Source: Amoebidium appalachense
Lineage: Eukaryota > Protista > Ichthyosporea
Reading direction: 5' to 3'
DNA length: 64,000 nt
Assembly (NCBI GenBank): GCA_963693365.1
Contig: CAVNZM010000001.1
Location: forward strand, 20,530,125-20,594,124
Of the stretch, positions 39,697 through 64,000 are shown piece by piece. Within the stretch, counting starts at the first letter, position 1, and every line of letters begins with the position of its first letter. The translations under genes and the position numbers were made by a program. Under the pieces are notes generated by a model. That model searched no databases and was not told the DNA's origin. It was given only the letters and a program-made list of their open reading frames with translations.

Positions 39697-39751
39697 ATGC
39701 TCACGTATCCGCACCCGTGTGTGTGTGTGCGCGCTGAATGTGCAAGTGAAA

Positions 39752-39785
<34 letters not shown>

Positions 39786-39846
39786 GTGCAAGCGTGTGTG
39801 TGTGTGTGTGCCTGTGTACGTGTGTGTGTGGGTGGGTGAGCAAATG

Positions 39847-39916
<70 letters not shown>

Positions 39917-40689
39917 ACGCGTGAGGCGTGAGTGCGCGCAGTGTGCGTTGTGTGTATACGTCCGTGTGCATGTGTGCTTGTGCATGTGTGTGTATGCGCC
40001 TGCGTGTGTGTGTATGTGTGTGTGTGTGTGTGTGCGTGTGTCTGTGTTGTGTGTGTGGTTGTATGTGTGTGCGTGCGTGCGCACGAGTACATGCCTGTGT
40101 GTGTGTGTGTGTGCTATGTGTGTGTTCTCCCACCTCCCCTTATGAGCCACCAACAGGCAACTCTTGTAGTCCTCTGGCCTCCACGGGTCCAACATAAAGG
40201 TCTTGTCCACTAGGGGAGGCTGGCTGGAGGGCACCGGGTCTGGCCCATCACTCATAATGTTAATGTCCATGTTGGGCGTACGGGGCCGTGCGTGTGTGCC
40301 TGGTCTTTGCAGGCCATGTTTGGCCGCTGCTCCCTTTGCAGCAAACAGGTCGCTTGGTCGGGGGGGCAGCTGCTTGCCCCCCAGCACTGACCCTGGCACC
40401 CCCACCCCCGACCCCCGGGGGCCCGGAGGTGTGGGGGAGGAGGGTGCGCAAACGCCGGAGGGGGGGGAGGAATGGAAGGCGCAGGAACAGTGGGGGCAAG
40501 ACCGACTGTTTGCGTAACCGAGGGTGTGTGTGGGGGGTGGGGGGCACTGGGGTGTGTTGGTGTCGCCGGTGGGATAGCCGTGGAGGCGGGTGTTTGGTGG
40601 GTGTCTGAGGGGGGCTGTGGGTTACTAGGGGCGGGCGTGGGGGTTTCTGTTTCTCCAGCTGGCACTGAGGGTGTCTCTTCTGCTTCCAT
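32227..40689 (-). CDS. KANSL3 (NSL3/Rcd1)-like alpha/beta-hydrolase-fold protein, 8 exons (40689-40134, 39122-39002, 38324-38185, 37311-37131, 35562-35368, 35121-35050, 34110-33871, 33165-32227), with apparent homopolymer frameshifts
   Basis: KANSL3-like segments: [93 protein letters not shown]...[23 protein letters not shown]. Internal phases are consistent. Frame breaks occur in exons 1 and 8 at G/C runs. Confidence 0.8.
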
Positions 40690-41082
40690 GGTGGCTGATG
40701 TGAAACTGCTGTTGCCAAGAGTCTCGGATTGCGTGGTTGATTGGACTTGTGTACAGAACTTCACAAAGAGACACCACAGAACCTCTACGTGTTACTGCCG
40801 TGCTTGGTAGGGATATGAATATGTCGGTGTATAATAGCACAGACAGGCGTGAACCGACCTGATCACCACACACTGCACACAAACTTTCCAGACTGTGCAC
40901 GACGCAAAGCCTCCTATAAGTAAAGTAAACATATGTATGAGGTGAGGCGGCACAACGAAAATTTAAAAATACTCGCGCCAAATAGTCTACAGAGCGTACA
41001 CACAGGTATGACGCATCCGATCTACTGGCATCGAAAATTTGAAATCTGCCCCCCCCTCCTCCTCTTCCCCCCCCCCCTCGTC

Positions 41083-41114
<32 letters not shown>

Positions 41115-42458
41115 TTCCCCTCCTTCGGGTTCTTTGTTCCGGCCGGGTGACCTGGGCTTGATTACTTGACTTGTAAGAGGCATGACTTCTTATAATTCAC
41201 ATGTTTTTGATGCCTTCTAGCCGCGTGAGGCTTCAGAACAGATAAATTCGAACATTCGCTGTACCGTAACCCCCCGGCCTCGGAGTCCCCCCCCCCCCCC
41301 CCCCCCCCCCCTCCCCTCCCCCTCCCTTCCACACACACACACTGGTCCACACATACACACGTGCACACCACCTGCACCCCAAATTTGTAAAGGCACCCGA
41401 CATCGACCCGGCACAGTCGCTGCAGCAGACTTGCATGCCCTGGTACTATCCGTTTGTGCCAGATTCAAACTTTGACCCGACCCGGAAGGACACCCGGGCG
41501 CGGCCTGGGGGGGAGGCGGAAGGGGGGGGGGGGGGGGGGGGGAGGGGGGGGGGGGGAGGGGGGAGGGGGGGGGGGGGGAGCGAGGGGGGAGGGAGGGGGG
41601 GGGGGGGGGGGCGCCATTACTTAGATATGCAGTGTTAATTGTGCAAACATCGTTATCTGCGCCCGCCCGTCGTAGTCACTAATAAACAAACCTATGGTAC
41701 TATTTATAAGTGACATAGCCTGCAAGACCTACCGGCCCGGGCCAACACACGACACAACTACACTCCTGAACTGACGCACAGACTGTTACTGAAGTGAAGC
41801 CACATATAGGGGCCCAAACACATCTGCAGAATGGAAGTCTTATGTGAGCTCAGTGAATTATTCTGCAAAAAATGTCGCCAAATTTGGTTGTGTCTCTGTT
41901 CAAGTTGACTGTTTTATTCGATCAGCAAAAACAGATTCTAAGGATGAGAAAAATGAATTATTCTGCTTGACAATAAACAGAAGTATTCTGCAAGCAGTAA
42001 TATTATTCTGCTGCCGCCAGAATAAGATATAAACTGCTCCAAGCATGTCTTTTCTTCTTTTAGGCGCAGGGCATGTTTGGCAACGACAGTAAAATCGATG
42101 TCTTTTCACCGTATTCTTTTATTCGCTCAAGAATGCAAATACAAAAACAATTATTTTAGGCTGATTTACTAGAAGGCAGAATTATTCTGCTTTTAGCACA
42201 CTTATTCTGATGTTGCAGAATATCTGTCTGATGATGGAGAATTATTCTTCTAGTTGAGCAATAATTTTGTGATCACAGTTCTTTGCAGAATCATTCTGAT
42301 TGATTATGAGGTTGTTGGACAAATGGCCCGCCATTCTCACGTACCCACTGGGCGGTGGTTTCCCGGATATATGGACATCAGCTGCAGCCCGTGCCGGGTG
42401 GCATATAAATGTGTTTGTGGCTTGTATGATAGGTGCCTTACCGTTCAGGCCTCTCAAG

Positions 42459-42585
42459 CAACCACCAATACGATATATACACTAGTGTTTCCCTGTGGGT
42501 AACGTCCCGGTTTCCACTCACTCATGATCCGGCCCGCACATTTTTCAGGGAAACACTGTCACTGTTTATATCGTATTGGTGGTTG
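42459..42585. mobile_element. 127-bp nested inverted-repeat element (MITE/foldback-like)
   Basis: Perfect 19-bp outer arms caaccaccaatacgatata (42459-42477 and 42567-42585) and perfect 12-bp inner arms agtgtttccctg (42484-42495 and 42546-42557). No clear target-site duplication. Confidence 0.6.
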
Positions 42586-43762
42586 ACAGTCGGCGACTCC
42601 CTTTCATAGGCTTTGTGTGACCGCATCATTAATTGAACTTCTGCCTCTTGCTGTTGGCAAGCTTGTGTATGTACATGTCACTAAGTATACTATCCCTCCC
42701 TCCTTCCCCCCCCCCCTCCCCGCCCCCCCCCCCCCTCCCTTTCTCCCTCTCCAAGCCCCCAACCATATCGGCAGAGTCATTCTTATCGGCACACAAACAA
42801 CTCAGCCTCTTGCAAGTTGACTGTGCTTCTGCAGAGGAGTCCTGCTTTTGCAACATAATTTTGCTTTTGCTGCCTCAATAATTCCTTGGTATAAAAGGAG
42901 AATATCTCAACTTTCGATCTGCTGGAAGCAGGATTAGCTATAGTATTCTGACGACATCTTATAATTAATCTACGGTTTGTGCACAATACTTCTGCTCTTT
43001 GGAGAATAACCCTGCACGATTCGGAAGCAGGTTCCTTGTTATATTGTGCTCATGTGGTTGTAGCTCTGGGGCGGCCCCGGGGATTTCCCTATTCTTATAG
43101 GCCATGGCTTTAGACTCTCCATTCAAGTCCCATTATGATACACATGTGTGCTAGCCTACATAGGGTTTGTTATGCATGCTGTACCGTAGTAGTGGATGAT
43201 CACCAGTATCACGCACATATGGTGATCCATTATTGAGGGGGTGAAGCCACCAGTGCATGTATATGGCGGTTGCTGTGGTAGTGATTTAATGCTTTGTGGG
43301 CCAATCCTGCTCACCGTGCCCACGGCACAACCCACACATACATACAAGCACCACTGCACATCTCAACACATCAGCTGTGAGTTTTGGCGTCGGCACCCCC
43401 GATTATAAGGCCCAGGACCAAACCCTCAATCAGCGGCGAGCTCTCAGGCTCAGATGGCTCTGTATCTGCTTGCCAACACCTATGCAGGCCTGCAAACCGA
43501 CGCCCCCAAGCGTTGAACATGCCTGGCACAACGGTTAGGGTACATTTACTAGTTTTCTTTTTAGTTCGCACGGTCCGGTCCAGCCGGATTTCCTCTGAGC
43601 TATAGAATATAGGTGGCACAAGCCACTGCCATATATGGTTATTAATCAACCAATCAACATGAATCACCCATACTGACAATCAGGGACGTCCACAGAGGAG
43701 GCTATATGTATCAATCGTCATTTCAACCAATCAATAGGCTGCACTCCGCATCCACCGGTATA

Positions 43763-43842
43763 TCATATAGAACTAAAATATGGGCATATTACCATAATAG
43801 GTTCATATAGAACTAAAATTTGGGCACATTACCATAATAGGT
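43763..43842. repeat. Tandem duplication, 2 x 40 bp
   Basis: tcatatagaactaaaat(a/t)tgggca(t/c)attaccataataggt occurs twice with two mismatches. Confidence 0.85.
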
Positions 43843-44651
43843 TCTAGTCTCACCTGCACTAGGGTACACGTCATTCGAGATTTGTTTCACTCACAACTCA
43901 CTGGGTCAAATACTCTACAATTCGTTCATAAGCAGTAACTCACATCCCCCCCCCCCCCCCCCCCCCTCCCCACCCCACCTCGGCGCAGCAGTGTATTCAA
44001 GCATTTGTGCTGGCACGTGAGAAAATGGCCTCTATATGGTATTATCTTCATAGTGTGCCTAGGCGGGCATCTAAATATAGAATCAGAACGTGCACGGGGC
44101 ACTACGGTTCGCCCCCTGAATTGGGCTGCCGCACACTCCTTCGGAAGCTTTTGTTGCCGTCATAGCCAAAGTCCAAGTCGGCCGTACTGTGTGTATGTAT
44201 GTGTGTGTGTGTGTGTGCATGCGTGTGTGTGTGAGCACGTGTGTATGTATCGGAGCATGTGTGTTTTCGGGTGGGGGGGGCGATGGGTGGGGGAAGGGGG
44301 GGGGGGGGGGGAGAGGAGGATGAGCAGGTTGCGAAAGGGTTGTGGAGACATGCACTAAGCCGATGGCAATCGGGTACCTCACAACAAAAATTACCAGTCT
44401 AAAATGGGCATGCATCGGAAAGGGCAGGACCATGGCCAGTGGTGTGTCTGTGTGTGTGTGTGTGGGGGGAGACGGGGGGTAAATGGGTGTGTGCGCGCAC
44501 GATTGCATGTATGCCTTTTGTCTATGTGTGCCTGTGTTTGAGTGTATGCCTGTTCTTTCTCTCTCTCTCTCTCCCCCTCCCCCCCCCCCCCTCTCTCTCT
44601 ATCTTTGTTTGTGTGCGTGTGTGTGCGTGTGTTTCTTCCGTGTCTGTGTCA

Positions 44652-44721
<70 letters not shown>

Positions 44722-44760
44722 GTGTGTGTACGTGTGTGTGTGTGTGCAGTGGGCTGGTAC

Positions 44761-63850
<19,090 letters not shown>

Positions 63851-63865
63851 CTGCACACAGCAGTT

Positions 63866-63930
<65 letters not shown>

Positions 63931-64000
63931 CTTGAACGCGGAACACGGTACGTAGGGCAAGGGGGGTGGGGGGTGGGGGGTGGGGGGTGGGGGGAGGTGT

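Noticed and set aside
43079-43089. kB-consensus sites (GGGGATTTCCC here; related 10-mers at 1530, 2807 and 20429)
   Set aside because: Expected by chance in G/C-run-rich DNA, mostly intronic, and the local Rel protein's specificity is unknown.

Overview
This is intron-rich eukaryotic nuclear DNA whose introns are saturated with (GT)n/(CA)n microsatellites and long poly-G/poly-C tracts, so most entries in the ORF track are low-complexity artefacts. I spliced seven genes by hand using GT-AG sites and intron-phase checks: a stand-alone PAS-domain protein (-), head-to-head with a Ypd1-like histidine phosphotransfer (HPt) gene (+); an Asterix/PAT-complex subunit (-); a Rel-homology (NF-kB-like) factor without ankyrin repeats (+); a fungal-type sulfite reductase flavoprotein (Met10-like, -); a KANSL3-like alpha/beta-hydrolase-fold protein (-); and a large receptor tyrosine pseudokinase (-, 5' end beyond the window). 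The receptor's ectodomain joins about 12 single-exon Cys-rich repeats to long left-handed beta-helix hexapeptide arrays. Animal-type genes (Rel, receptor TK) together with non-animal genes (HPt, Met10) suggest a unicellular holozoan such as an ichthyosporean; this is inference. The most notable items are the beta-helix receptor pseudokinase, the PAS/HPt divergent pair and the ankyrin-less Rel protein. Exon boundaries are manual and unverified by transcripts.
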